Source of the DNA: Geotalea daltonii FRC-32
Lineage (GTDB): Bacteria > Desulfobacterota > Desulfuromonadia > Geobacterales > Geobacteraceae
Length of the DNA: 32,000 nt
Direction of reading: 5' to 3'
Assembly: GCF_000022265.1 (NCBI RefSeq)
Contig: NC_011979.1
Coordinates: 2,460,001 to 2,492,000 of the forward strand
The notes beneath the pieces were generated by a model. It did not search any database, was not told the origin of the DNA, and worked only from the letters and a program-made list of their open reading frames with translations. Made by a program: the position numbers and the translations under genes. This document shows positions 18,217 through 27,163 of the stretch, one piece after another; within the stretch, counting starts at the first letter, position 1, and every line of letters starts with the position of its first letter.

Positions 18217-18244
18217 GGCCGGGAGAAATTTCTTCCGGCCTTTT
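18217..18244 (+). terminator. rho-independent terminator of metK
   Basis: GGCCGGGAG-aaattt-CTTCCGGCC stem followed by TTTT. It is preceded by AAAA, so it may work on both strands. Confidence 0.75.
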
Positions 18245-18259
18245 CTATTGAAGAATAAC

Positions 18260-18279
18260 TTCGAAGTTCGAACTTCGAA
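18260..18279 (-). terminator. perfect 20-bp palindrome, probable hairpin terminator of the response-regulator gene
   Basis: TTCGAAGTTCGAACTTCGAA equals its own reverse complement. It lies 8 nt beyond the minus-strand stop (18288-18290) and is followed on the minus strand by GTTATTCTTC. Confidence 0.5.
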
Positions 18280-18287
18280 CCCCGTTT

Positions 18288-18992
18288 TCACACTCCCCGT
18301 GAAAAGCGGTACCCAACTCCGCGCACCGTCTGGAAATAGACCGGTTTGGCCGGATCAGGTTCGAAATACTTGCGCAGCCTGACGATAAAATTGTCCAAAG
18401 TGCGGGTTTCGGCATCGGAAGCATAGCCCCAGACGTTTTCCAGCAGCACTTTTCGCGGGATAGCCTCACCTTCCTTCTGAAAGAACAGCGACAGCATCTT
18501 CACTTCCAGGTCCGTCAGATCAATCTCTCCCTGGGGTGTTTTTGCCCGGTAGGAGAGCAGGTAAACCTGATTCTCGCCGAAACGGTAACCTTCCTCAATC
18601 GGGTCCGGTCTGTACCATGCAGAGCGTCGAAGCATCCCTTTCACCCGCAGCAGAAATTCGTCCAGGTTGAATGGTTTGGTCAGGTAGTCATCTGCTCCCC
18701 CTGCAAGTCCGGCGATCCTGTCCCGCTCATCGGAACGGGCAGTCAACATCAGAACCGGCACCCTTGCATCCAGCTCCCTGACTTTTTTGCAGACAACAAA
18801 GCCATCGATTCCGGGGAGCATCACATCCAGGATAATCAAGTCGAAGCGTTCGAACTTGACCCGTTCCAGTGCCTCCTCACCGCTCTCCACATGGCTCACC
18901 CGAAGATTTTCAAGCTCCAGGTTGAAGCAGATGCCTCGCGCCAGATGGATTTCGTCTTCCACCAGAAGTATGTGCGGCTTATCATTGCTCAT
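18288..18992 (-). CDS. OmpR/PhoB-family response regulator
   Basis: Receiver motifs ILLVEDE, DLIILDVMLPG and LTAR...KPF. The winged-helix C-terminus ends with TVRGVGYRF. Confidence 0.92.
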   Translation of the reverse strand: MSNDKPHILLVEDEIHLARGICFNLELENLRVSHVESGEEALERVKFERFDLIILDVMLPGIDGFVVCKKVRELDARVPVLMLTARSDERDRIAGLAGGADDYLTKPFNLDEFLLRVKGMLRRSAWYRPDPIEEGYRFGENQVYLLSYRAKTPQGEIDLTDLEVKMLSLFFQKEGEAIPRKVLLENVWGYASDAETRTLDNFIVRLRKYFEPDPAKPVYFQTVRGVGYRFSRGV

Positions 18993-19951
18993 GCTGACTT
19001 TCTCCTGTTTTCAGGATCTACCAGCGGCAGAGTGATATGGAATGTGGAACCTTTGCCCAAGCCTTCGCTGGTTACGCCGATCTTTCCGCTATGGGCGTTT
19101 ACCACTGATTTTACGATGTACAACCCCAGACCGGTGCCGCGGATGTTATCGCCGGGGGTCCGCACCCTGTAGAAGAGGGCAAAGATCCTGCTCACCTCAT
19201 TTTTTTCAAGCCCCTTGCCTTTGTCCTGAAAGTCGAGCTGACAGTTTTTGCCGCTTCTCTTCAAGGTTACCCTGATGTCTGGTGAAACCGGGGAGTAGAG
19301 CAAGGCATTCTCGAAAAGGTTGCGCAGGGCCATCTCCATCCCCTCACTATCTATTTGTGCCATCAGACCTTCTTCAACCTCCACATGCAGCCGTCCCCCC
19401 TCGGGCAGTTCCGGGCGCTTTTTCTCCATGTATTCCCGGACAAAAGCGGAAAAATCAATGGTCTTCTGCTCGACGGCAAGTTGGCGGTACTCGATGCGGG
19501 TAGCCATCAGGAGATTGCTGATGAGATTGTTGAGCCTTCCCGTATCCGAGAGCATGGTGTCCAGGAACAGGTCGAGCTTTTCCTGGGGGGGCTTGCGCAG
19601 CTTGATGGTCTGCAGGTGAAGCTGGATCGAAGCCAGTGGAGACTTCAACTCGTGGGTCAGTTGGGAAATAAAGCTCCTCTGTTGCCGATAAAGCTTGGCC
19701 TGGCGCCTCCAGTAGAGGAACATGACGTAGACCCCGGCGAGGATTGCCACCAGCAAGATTAGCCCCTCTACCAGCACGACCCAGTTAAGGCCATGGCCGA
19801 TCAGTTCCGGCTTGTAACGCTGGGCCAGGTCGCGGAATTCCCGATTCCGGCCGAGGAACCAGTAGATCCAGAAGATCACCAGCAGGATCCAGACCAGCTG
19901 GATACCGATCAAGGCAATAAGAGGGGTGAAGATTCTTTTATACCATTTCAT
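18989..19951 (-). CDS. sensor histidine kinase (two TM helices, very short external loop)
   Basis: H-box LTHELKSPL and G-boxes DKGKGL / GTGLGLYIV. There is a 4-nt overlap with the downstream regulator gene. Confidence 0.9.
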   Translation of the reverse strand: MKWYKRIFTPLIALIGIQLVWILLVIFWIYWFLGRNREFRDLAQRYKPELIGHGLNWVVLVEGLILLVAILAGVYVMFLYWRRQAKLYRQQRSFISQLTHELKSPLASIQLHLQTIKLRKPPQEKLDLFLDTMLSDTGRLNNLISNLLMATRIEYRQLAVEQKTIDFSAFVREYMEKKRPELPEGGRLHVEVEEGLMAQIDSEGMEMALRNLFENALLYSPVSPDIRVTLKRSGKNCQLDFQDKGKGLEKNEVSRIFALFYRVRTPGDNIRGTGLGLYIVKSVVNAHSGKIGVTSEGLGKGSTFHITLPLVDPENRRKSA

Positions 19952-20130
19952 GGTTTTTGTGTAGCACTCGCCAGCTCGATTTGCAAGGGGATTTAACTCG
20001 CCGGAAGGTGGCAGCCCTACTTCTTAATTAGTCAAAAAAATGAGATTACGCTTTTCTTTTACCTGCAAAAAAGATATTTTGGGGATCACATTCGATTAAA
20101 ATTAATAAACTCGCGAAAAAGGTAGCGTCA

Positions 20131-20718
20131 ATGTTCAGGATTATATATAAGCTACTGGTGAAGATGATGTGTTTTGCAATATTTACCACATTGGTTATGC
20201 CGGCGACCGGGCAATGCGAGTTCTACCAATACGAAGACGAAAACGGCGCCGTCAACTTTACCGACGACCCGGGTAAGATCCCGAAGAAGCTGAAAAAGAA
20301 ACATAAAGTGCGGAGCGATGACGATGACAATCCACAAAACTCGGTCATGCGCGTCAGGATCCTGAGGAACAGGGTGCTGTTACCGGTAACCCTCAGCTAT
20401 CGGGGCAATGAAGTCAAGGCCAACCTTGTGCTGGATACGGGTGCAGAGGTTTCGACTATCAGCTCAAGTCTTGCGGCACGGCTTCGCATCAGGCCGGAAG
20501 ACGCAGACCTGGCCTATGCACAGGGGATCGGTTCAGGCATCCAGGTTACCGGCCGTGTGAGCCTCGACTATATGCTGGTGGGTCCGAATCGAAAATACGA
20601 CATGGATGTAATCGTCGTCGAGAGCGGCGGTTACGATGGTCTTCTCGGCATGAACTTCTTGCGGGAACTCCGTTATCACGTGGACTTCAACACCAGCACC
20701 ATCAAATGGGGGGACTAA
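20131..20718 (+). CDS. retropepsin-like (clan AA) aspartic protease with DUF4124-like N-terminal region
   Basis: Signal or anchor sequence, then YQYEDENGAVNFTDDP (DUF4124-like). LVLDTGAEVSTIS carries the DTG catalytic motif. GLLGMNFL is the flap/C-terminal motif. Confidence 0.7.
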   Translation: MFRIIYKLLVKMMCFAIFTTLVMPATGQCEFYQYEDENGAVNFTDDPGKIPKKLKKKHKVRSDDDDNPQNSVMRVRILRNRVLLPVTLSYRGNEVKANLVLDTGAEVSTISSSLAARLRIRPEDADLAYAQGIGSGIQVTGRVSLDYMLVGPNRKYDMDVIVVESGGYDGLLGMNFLRELRYHVDFNTSTIKWGD

Positions 20719-20887
20719 TCCCCCCAATGCTGTTGCTTCATTACAATCTGCCTCCCTCTGCACCCGCCAATTGACGATTGATTTCCGTTCCCCCTTTTAC
20801 AATACTATTACATTAAAAAGTCCCGTTATCTGTTATGTTTCAAGGGCAGAACAGCATGTACGCCACCCGTCGCTGGAGGACAGGATC

Positions 20888-21973
20888 ATGTTCAAGCCCT
20901 TGAAAATTGGCAAGTATGAAACACGGTACCCATTGGTTCAGGGAGGGATGGGGGTTCGTATCTCTGCGGGTTCCCTCGCCGGTCATGTCGCGAAATGTGG
21001 CGGAGTCGGGCTGGTGGCTGCACCGGGCATCGCCCTCAACAGCGGCCTGTATGACGGGTCCAACTATTTCGATGCTGATCTGGAAGCATTCAAGGCAGAA
21101 CTGCATAAGGCATACGAAATTGCCCCTGACGGCATTATCGGCGTCAATGTCATGGTGGCTCTTTCCGATTACGAGAAACTGGTAGGAGCTGCCGTCGAGG
21201 GTGGAGCTAAGGTTATTGTCTGCGGTGCCGGCTTGCCATTGACCCTGCCGGGACTTACCGCCCATGCCCCAGATGTGGCGCTGGTTCCCATTGTTTCCTC
21301 TGTACGGTGTGCCCAACTGATAGCTAAAAAATGGGAGAAAGGCTACAACCGCCTCCCCGATGCGGTGGTTGTGGAAGATCCTGATACGGCTGGCGGTCAT
21401 CTGGGAGAGAAGATGGAATGCATCGGCACCGGTGAGTACGATCAGTATGCAACGGTGCGCGGGGTGAAGGAATTCTTCCGCACAGAATATAATATTGATA
21501 TGCCGGTCATTGCTGCCGGAGGCATTTGGGACCGCGCCGACGTGCTTCATGCCCTTGAACAGGGTGCTGACGGGGTGCAGATGGCCAGCCGTTTTGTGCC
21601 CACGGTGGAGTGCGATGCCGATGATGCATTCAAACAGGCTTATCTGGATTGCAAAAAGGAAGATATCGGTCTGATCATGAGCCCTGCCGGCCTGCCGGGG
21701 CGGGCGATCCTCAAAAACCAGGATCAGATTGTCCTGTACGACGAACTCAGGAGCTCGGTTTGCACCACCGGTTGTCTGAAGAAATGCTCCTACAAAGAGA
21801 GCGGCGAGCGTTTCTGTATTGTCAAGGCCCTGGACCGCGCCCAGCGTGGAGATGTGGAAACTGGTCTTATCTTCTGCGGCACCAATGCCTGGAAGGCCGA
21901 TCGGATAACAACGGTGCAGGAAATATTTGACGAGCTGTTTGCTGAATCTGCCGTGGCGGAAAGAGCGGCATAG
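20888..21973 (+). CDS. NPD/nitronate monooxygenase-family FMN oxidoreductase
   Basis: YPLVQGGMGVRIS, AAGGIWD and GADGVQMASRF motifs. GGAGGA lies upstream of ATG 20888. The ORF-track start at 20771 is a TTG with no RBS. Confidence 0.85.
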   Translation: MFKPLKIGKYETRYPLVQGGMGVRISAGSLAGHVAKCGGVGLVAAPGIALNSGLYDGSNYFDADLEAFKAELHKAYEIAPDGIIGVNVMVALSDYEKLVGAAVEGGAKVIVCGAGLPLTLPGLTAHAPDVALVPIVSSVRCAQLIAKKWEKGYNRLPDAVVVEDPDTAGGHLGEKMECIGTGEYDQYATVRGVKEFFRTEYNIDMPVIAAGGIWDRADVLHALEQGADGVQMASRFVPTVECDADDAFKQAYLDCKKEDIGLIMSPAGLPGRAILKNQDQIVLYDELRSSVCTTGCLKKCSYKESGERFCIVKALDRAQRGDVETGLIFCGTNAWKADRITTVQEIFDELFAESAVAERAA

Positions 21974-21998
21974 ATCACATCAACATACAATTCAAATG

Positions 21999-22030
21999 CG
22001 GCCCGCGGTTCTCGGGGGCCGTTTTGTTTT
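21999..22030 (+). terminator. rho-independent terminator
   Basis: CGGCCC-gcggttctcgg-GGGCCG stem followed by TTTTGTTTT, 26 nt after the stop. Confidence 0.6.
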
Positions 22031-22183
22031 CCGGCCCTTTCCCCCTATGGTTCTTAATCCTCTGACAGTATCCCCACGATTTATTCATCCTTAAAAAAGC
22101 CTGTACTCATAGTTCATGTGTGCTATGCTTATCCCCTGCCTGTCAATTCAAACGCAGTGTGAAGTTGCCTGGAGGAAAAGCCG

Positions 22184-24001
22184 TTGCCCAACTCCATGAT
22201 GCATTGCCAGATCTCAAGTCACACCCATGATCGTTATACCCATGCCTGGCCTCTGTCATTTCATGCCCTTTGCCGGTTAGTCATCCTTCCGTGGATAACT
22301 GCGCTCATCCTTTACTGGCCATTACCAGCTTCTGCCCGACCGGGCGCCGACTCGTCGGCACCTGTCATTGTCGGCGGGGACCGGGACTACCCCCCCTATG
22401 AATTCATTGACAAGAATGGTCATGCGGCGGGTTTTAATGTTGAGCTGACCAGAGCCATTGCCGAGGTCATGGGCATGGACGTGCAGTTCAGGCTGGGTGG
22501 CTGGTCGGAGATGCGCTCGGCCTTGCAATCGAACCAGGTTGATGTCCTGGATGGTATGTCTTACTCAGAAGAGCGGGCAAAGGAAGTGGATTTTTCCCTG
22601 CCCCACGCCATGATCAACCATGCAGTCTTCGCCCGCCGGGATTCACCCACGGTAAACTCACTGGCTGAATTAGCAGGGAAGTCCGTTGCCGTCCATGGGG
22701 GCGGGATCATGCACGACATCTTGACCCAGCAGGGTTTCTCCGGCAGGCTCGAGCTTACGGCAACGCCGGCAGATGCCCTGCGCCTTCTGGCTGCAGGTAA
22801 GACCGACTATGCCATTGTCGCCATCCTCCCCGGAATGTACATCGTCCGTGAACTAAAGCTGACAAATATCTATCCGGCAGTGCGCAATGTGGCCACTCAC
22901 CGCTATTGCTTTGCCGTTAAAAAAGGCAATGCCGAACTGCTCTCGCGATTCAACGAGGGTTTGGCTATTCTTCGCAAAACCGGACAATATGACGTGATCT
23001 ACAACAAATGGCTGGGGGTGATGGAGCCGGAGCATGTGGACTGGAAGACCGTCGCCAAATATGGTGCGGTCGTTGTTATCCCACTGGTGATGCTTTTAGG
23101 TGGTTTTGCCCTCTGGTCGCGCACGTTACATCGGCAAGTAGCCGTTCGTACTGCTGATCTGACCAGAGAAATCGCCGAGCGCAAACATGCCGAGGAGGAG
23201 TTGCGCCTGAACCAGCAGCAGCTTGTCCAAGCTGATAAACTGGCTGCATTGGGGGTACTGGTTTCCGGCGTTGCCCATGAGATCAACAATCCCACCGGCT
23301 TAATCCTACTTGATGTGCCGATTCTGAAACGGGCTCACGCCGATTCAGAGCGCATCCTTGAGCAGCATTATCAAGCCAACGGGGATTTCAGCATCGGCGG
23401 GATACCCTACTCAGAAATGCGCCATGAGATCCCTAGAATCCTGGACGAGATGCAGGATGGGGCGAAACGGATCAAGAGGATTGTCAACGATCTGAAGGAT
23501 TTTGCCCGCCGGGATGATTTGGCTGAGAAACAGCGGGTTGATTTCAATGGCATCGTGGAGACGGCGCTACGACTGGTTGATCCTACGATTCGCAAGGCGA
23601 CCAACCATCTGCAGATTGAGTATGCCCGGGAAATGCCGTCAATCATGGGCAACAGCCAACGGATTGAGCAGGTGGTGGTTAACCTGATTCTGAACGCATG
23701 TCAGGCTTTGCCCGATGCGGAGCGGGCCATTGTCATCAGCACCCGTTATAACCGTACTACTGCCAGCGCCATATTGGTTGTCCGTGACGAAGGTGTCGGC
23801 ATTGACTCAGAGAATCTGTCACGCCTGACGGATCCCTTTTTTACCACAAAGAGGGAAAGCGGGGGGACCGGTCTTGGCTTGTCGGTTTCTGATGGCATCA
23901 TCAAGGAGCACGGGGGCCGTATATTTTTTAAGTCAACCCTTGGTGCCGGCACTACCGTTACCTTGTCCATACCGGTCATTAAAGAGGAGCAGACGACGTG
24001 A
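22184..24001 (+). CDS. sensor histidine kinase with periplasmic solute-binding (SBP_bac_3-like) domain
   Basis: YPPYEFIDKNGHAAGFNVEL...DGMSYSEERAKEVDFSLP is a family-3 SBP pattern. It is followed by a TM helix, an H-box GVAHEINNP and an ATPase with GGTGLGLS. TTG start at 22184 with GGAGGA 7 nt upstream. The exact start is uncertain. Confidence 0.9.
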   Translation: MPNSMMHCQISSHTHDRYTHAWPLSFHALCRLVILPWITALILYWPLPASARPGADSSAPVIVGGDRDYPPYEFIDKNGHAAGFNVELTRAIAEVMGMDVQFRLGGWSEMRSALQSNQVDVLDGMSYSEERAKEVDFSLPHAMINHAVFARRDSPTVNSLAELAGKSVAVHGGGIMHDILTQQGFSGRLELTATPADALRLLAAGKTDYAIVAILPGMYIVRELKLTNIYPAVRNVATHRYCFAVKKGNAELLSRFNEGLAILRKTGQYDVIYNKWLGVMEPEHVDWKTVAKYGAVVVIPLVMLLGGFALWSRTLHRQVAVRTADLTREIAERKHAEEELRLNQQQLVQADKLAALGVLVSGVAHEINNPTGLILLDVPILKRAHADSERILEQHYQANGDFSIGGIPYSEMRHEIPRILDEMQDGAKRIKRIVNDLKDFARRDDLAEKQRVDFNGIVETALRLVDPTIRKATNHLQIEYAREMPSIMGNSQRIEQVVVNLILNACQALPDAERAIVISTRYNRTTASAILVVRDEGVGIDSENLSRLTDPFFTTKRESGGTGLGLSVSDGIIKEHGGRIFFKSTLGAGTTVTLSIPVIKEEQTT

Positions 24002-25425
24002 ATGCAATGGACCAACAGTATCCTACTTTCCGCATCCTGCTGGTGGACGATGAGCCTGCCTGGTTAAAATCCCTTTCCCTCACGTTGCGAAGCTGCGCTG
24101 GACTTACCAATATCAGTACTTGCCAGGACAGCCGCGAGGTTATGGGATTACTTGCCCAGGGAGGCATCGGCCTTGTCCTCCTCGATCTGACCATGCCCCA
24201 TCTATCGGGGGAAGAACTCCTTAAACAGGTTGCCGAGCAATATCCGGAAACGACCACCATTGTCGTCAGCGGCCTGAATCAGTTGGAAACGGCGGTCCGT
24301 TGCATGAAACTGGGCGCCTTTGACTACTTCATCAAAACCGATGATGAAGACCGGATTGTGGGAGGTGTACTGCGGGCGGTCCGGATGAAAGAGATGCAGC
24401 TTGATTATCTGGAGATGTCGAGCCGGCTTGCTTCAGGGGAATTGCAGCATCCTGATGCTTTTGCCGCCATTGTTACCGCCGATCGAGCCATGCTCAATGT
24501 CTTTGCCTATGCGGAGGCGGTGGCGAAGAGTCCCCAGCCGCTGATGATCACTGGCGAAAGCGGGGTCGGTAAAGAGCTGATTGCCCAGGCCGTGCACCGG
24601 TTGAGCGGTTGCCGCGGGAAACTGGTGACAGTCAATGTGGCAGGCCTCGACGACACCGTCTTTGCCGATACCCTCTTTGGCCATGTGCGGGGTGCCTTCA
24701 CCGGTGCAGATCAACTGCGCCGGGGGATGGTTGAGGAGGCAGCTGATGGTACGCTCTTTCTAGATGAGATTGGCGACCTGAGCATACCCTCACAGGTGAA
24801 GCTGTTACGCCTTTTGCAGGAGGGGGAATTTTTTCCCCTGGGTTGCGACCAGCCCAGGCGGCTCAAAGCACGCATAATCGTTGCCACTCACCAGAACCTG
24901 ATGGAAAAGGAGTCGGCAGGAACCTTTCGTCGCGATCTCTTTTATCGTCTGCGTACACACCAGGTACATGTCCCTCCTTTACGGGAACGGCCCGGAGACA
25001 TAACCCTGTTGCTGGATCATTTTTTGAGAGAAGCCGCACAAGCGCTGGGTAGAAAGAAACCTACTCCTCCCCGGGAGCTGGCCCAGTTTCTCGTTATGTA
25101 CAGCTTTCCCGGCAATGTGCGCGAGCTTAAGGCAATGGTTTACGATGCGGTCAGCATCCACCGTGATCGAATGCTCTCCATGGAGTCATTTCTCAAGGCG
25201 GTCGGACAATCTCAGCCCCCTGTAAAAGAGTCCCCCTCTCCCTCAAGACAGAATCCCTTTGCCGGTTTTGTCGATCTCCCCACCTTCAGTGATGCGGCTG
25301 CTTTTCTTGTTGCCGAGGCCATGCATCGCGCCAACGGCAATCAGACCATGGCGGCACGTCTGCTTGGCATCTCCCAGCCTGCTCTGAACAAGAGACTCAA
25401 GGCAATGCGTCCTGAACCGGTATAA
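23998..25425 (+). CDS. NtrC/DctD-type sigma54-dependent response regulator
   Basis: Receiver motifs ILLVDDEP and LLDLTMP. AAA+ motifs GESGVGKE and GAFTGA. C-terminal HTH AARLLGISQPALNKRLK. The start is GTG 23998 (overlapping the kinase stop) or ATG 24007. Confidence 0.92.
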   Translation: MNAMDQQYPTFRILLVDDEPAWLKSLSLTLRSCAGLTNISTCQDSREVMGLLAQGGIGLVLLDLTMPHLSGEELLKQVAEQYPETTTIVVSGLNQLETAVRCMKLGAFDYFIKTDDEDRIVGGVLRAVRMKEMQLDYLEMSSRLASGELQHPDAFAAIVTADRAMLNVFAYAEAVAKSPQPLMITGESGVGKELIAQAVHRLSGCRGKLVTVNVAGLDDTVFADTLFGHVRGAFTGADQLRRGMVEEAADGTLFLDEIGDLSIPSQVKLLRLLQEGEFFPLGCDQPRRLKARIIVATHQNLMEKESAGTFRRDLFYRLRTHQVHVPPLRERPGDITLLLDHFLREAAQALGRKKPTPPRELAQFLVMYSFPGNVRELKAMVYDAVSIHRDRMLSMESFLKAVGQSQPPVKESPSPSRQNPFAGFVDLPTFSDAAAFLVAEAMHRANGNQTMAARLLGISQPALNKRLKAMRPEPV

Positions 25426-25437
25426 CCACGGGTTATA
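25421..25437. promoter_or_regulatory. inverted repeat TATAACC-N3-GGTTATA, candidate enhancer (UAS) site 1
   Basis: Perfect 7-3-7 palindrome read directly from the sequence. It overlaps the regulator's stop codon, ~180 nt upstream of the -24/-12 element. Confidence 0.4.
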
Positions 25438-25508
25438 CAATAATCTCCGGCTATCATCGCCTTAACATGCTGATTCAATTGATGTAAATCAGCAACACAG
25501 CCTGCTGT

Positions 25509-25525
25509 TATAACCTCAGGCTATA
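25509..25525. promoter_or_regulatory. inverted repeat TATAACC-N3-GGCTATA, candidate enhancer (UAS) site 2
   Basis: Second copy of the same palindrome with one mismatch. It lies 88 bp from site 1 and ~95 nt upstream of the -24/-12 element. Confidence 0.4.
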
Positions 25526-25604
25526 GGCCTTGGCTGTCCAAAGATAGCAGTTTTAGCACCGCTTTATGCTGTAATACCAGCATGTTAGGCTTTTTTGTGC
25601 CGCT

Positions 25605-25620
25605 TGGCATTTTCCATGCT
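25605..25620 (+). promoter_or_regulatory. sigma54 (-24/-12) promoter of the C4-dicarboxylate transporter gene
   Basis: TGGCAT-ttttcca-TGCT has GG (25606-25607) and GC (25618-25619) separated by exactly 10 nt. It is 67 nt upstream of ATG 25687. Confidence 0.6.
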
Positions 25621-25686
25621 CTTATGGGATAGATACGAAAGGGAGCCATCCGGCCCCTTCAATATTAGCCCAAGTGGAGGTGTCTC

Positions 25687-27015
25687 ATGGCAATGTTCTG
25701 GATTCAATTCGTGCTCGTGCTCGGTGCCGTTCTCATCGGTATCCGTAGAGGAGGGGTAGCCCTCGGCCTGATCGGTGGGTTGGGCGTAACCTTACTGACC
25801 ATAGGCTTCAGGAGTGCTCCTTCTGAGCCCCCCATTGCAGTAATGCTGATCATCCTGGCAGTGGTTACTGCCTCAGCGACACTGCAGGTAGCAGGTGGTC
25901 TGGACTACCTGGTGCAGCTCACCGAGCGGATGCTCCGTGCCCACCCCAAGTATGTGACCATTCTTGCCCCCTTAAGCACCTTTTTCCTCACTGTCTGCGT
26001 CGGAACTGGCCATGCGGTGTATGCGCTGTTGCCCGTTATCGCCGATGTGGCCATCAAGACCGGTATTAGACCGGAGCGACCCATGGCTATCTCCAGTGTC
26101 GCTTCCCAGATGGGGATCACTGCCAGTCCGGTGGCTGCCGCGGTGACCTTTTTTCTCGGTTTTGCCGCCAAAGCAGGCCACCCGGTTACCCTGATCGACA
26201 TCATCTGCGTTACCATGCCGGCTGGGATCATCGGCGTGCTCGCAGCTGCAGGTTGGAGTTTCAACCGTGGCAAGGACCTGGACAAAGATGCCGAGTTTCA
26301 GGCCCGTCTGACAGATCCCGACTTTCGCAAAGCCCTTGATGCAGATGTAACAACACTGGACAAGAAAATTTCCACCACCGCCAAGGTTTCAGTAGCGCTG
26401 TTTTTTGCCGGCGTAGCCACCATCATACTTTTTGCGGTCTGTCCCGAACTGCTGCCCATGGGTGCCGATAAAAAGCCCGTTGCCATGACCACGGTCGTAC
26501 AATTCATTATGCTGGCCTATGGCGCCTTCATAATGTTCTCAGCCAACGTCAAAGCAAAAGACATCGCCCATTCAAGCGTCTTTATCGCCGGCATGATTGC
26601 TGTCGTCTCCATTTTCGGCATTGCCTGGATGAGTGATACCTTCATCTCCGCCAACAAAAAGTTCCTCGTAGACAATATCGGCATCATGGTAAAAATTGCC
26701 CCGTGGACTTTTGCCATTGCAACCTTCTGCATATCGGCCTTCGTCAAGAGCCAGGCTGCGACCCTTGCCATTACCCTGCCTCTCGGCCTTGCCCTCGGCC
26801 TGCCGATTCCTTTGTTGCTTGGTCTGATGCCGGCAAGCTATGCCTACTTCTTCTTTGCCTTCTATCCCAGTGACCTGGCGGCTATCAATTTTGATCGCAC
26901 CGGCACTACCCACATCGGCAAGTACTTACTCAATCACAGCTTCATGATCCCGGGCCTCATCGGCGTAGGGATGTCGACAATCACCGCTTACCTTATTTCC
27001 AGCGCCATTCTTTAG
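25687..27015 (+). CDS. dcuB: anaerobic C4-dicarboxylate transporter (DcuA/DcuB family)
   Basis: Full-length resemblance to E. coli DcuB as I remember it: GGVALGLIGGLGV, RPERPMA, SQAA, YPSDLAAINFDRTGTTHIGKYLLNHSF. I cannot separate A-type from B-type by eye. Confidence 0.9.
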   Translation: MAMFWIQFVLVLGAVLIGIRRGGVALGLIGGLGVTLLTIGFRSAPSEPPIAVMLIILAVVTASATLQVAGGLDYLVQLTERMLRAHPKYVTILAPLSTFFLTVCVGTGHAVYALLPVIADVAIKTGIRPERPMAISSVASQMGITASPVAAAVTFFLGFAAKAGHPVTLIDIICVTMPAGIIGVLAAAGWSFNRGKDLDKDAEFQARLTDPDFRKALDADVTTLDKKISTTAKVSVALFFAGVATIILFAVCPELLPMGADKKPVAMTTVVQFIMLAYGAFIMFSANVKAKDIAHSSVFIAGMIAVVSIFGIAWMSDTFISANKKFLVDNIGIMVKIAPWTFAIATFCISAFVKSQAATLAITLPLGLALGLPIPLLLGLMPASYAYFFFAFYPSDLAAINFDRTGTTHIGKYLLNHSFMIPGLIGVGMSTITAYLISSAIL

Positions 27016-27041
27016 GTCTGGTTACTACAAGATAAAAACAG

Positions 27042-27073
27042 AGGCTGCAGGAATAATCTGCAGCCTTTTTTTA
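27042..27073 (+). terminator. rho-independent terminator of the transporter gene
   Basis: AGGCTGCAG-gaataat-CTGCAGCCT forms a perfect 9-bp stem, followed by T7. Confidence 0.8.
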
Positions 27074-27121
27074 TGCTTGACAGCTGACATTTTACTCTTG
27101 ACCGAGGGCATCAGAGAATGT

Positions 27122-27143
27122 TATATCAAGAAAAATTGATATA
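27122..27143. promoter_or_regulatory. palindromic operator TATATCAA-N6-TTGATATA (candidate SahR autoregulatory site)
   Basis: Perfect 8-6-8 inverted repeat that overlaps a TATAAT hexamer (27140-27145). An extra TTGATAT half-site at 27159-27165 overlaps the ATG. Confidence 0.55.
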
Positions 27144-27163
27144 ATATATTACCTTCACTTGAT

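Noticed and set aside
20840-21550. 236-aa minus-strand ORF inside the NPD-family gene.
   Set aside because: It is antisense to a gene with clear FMN-barrel motifs. It has no RBS or motif.
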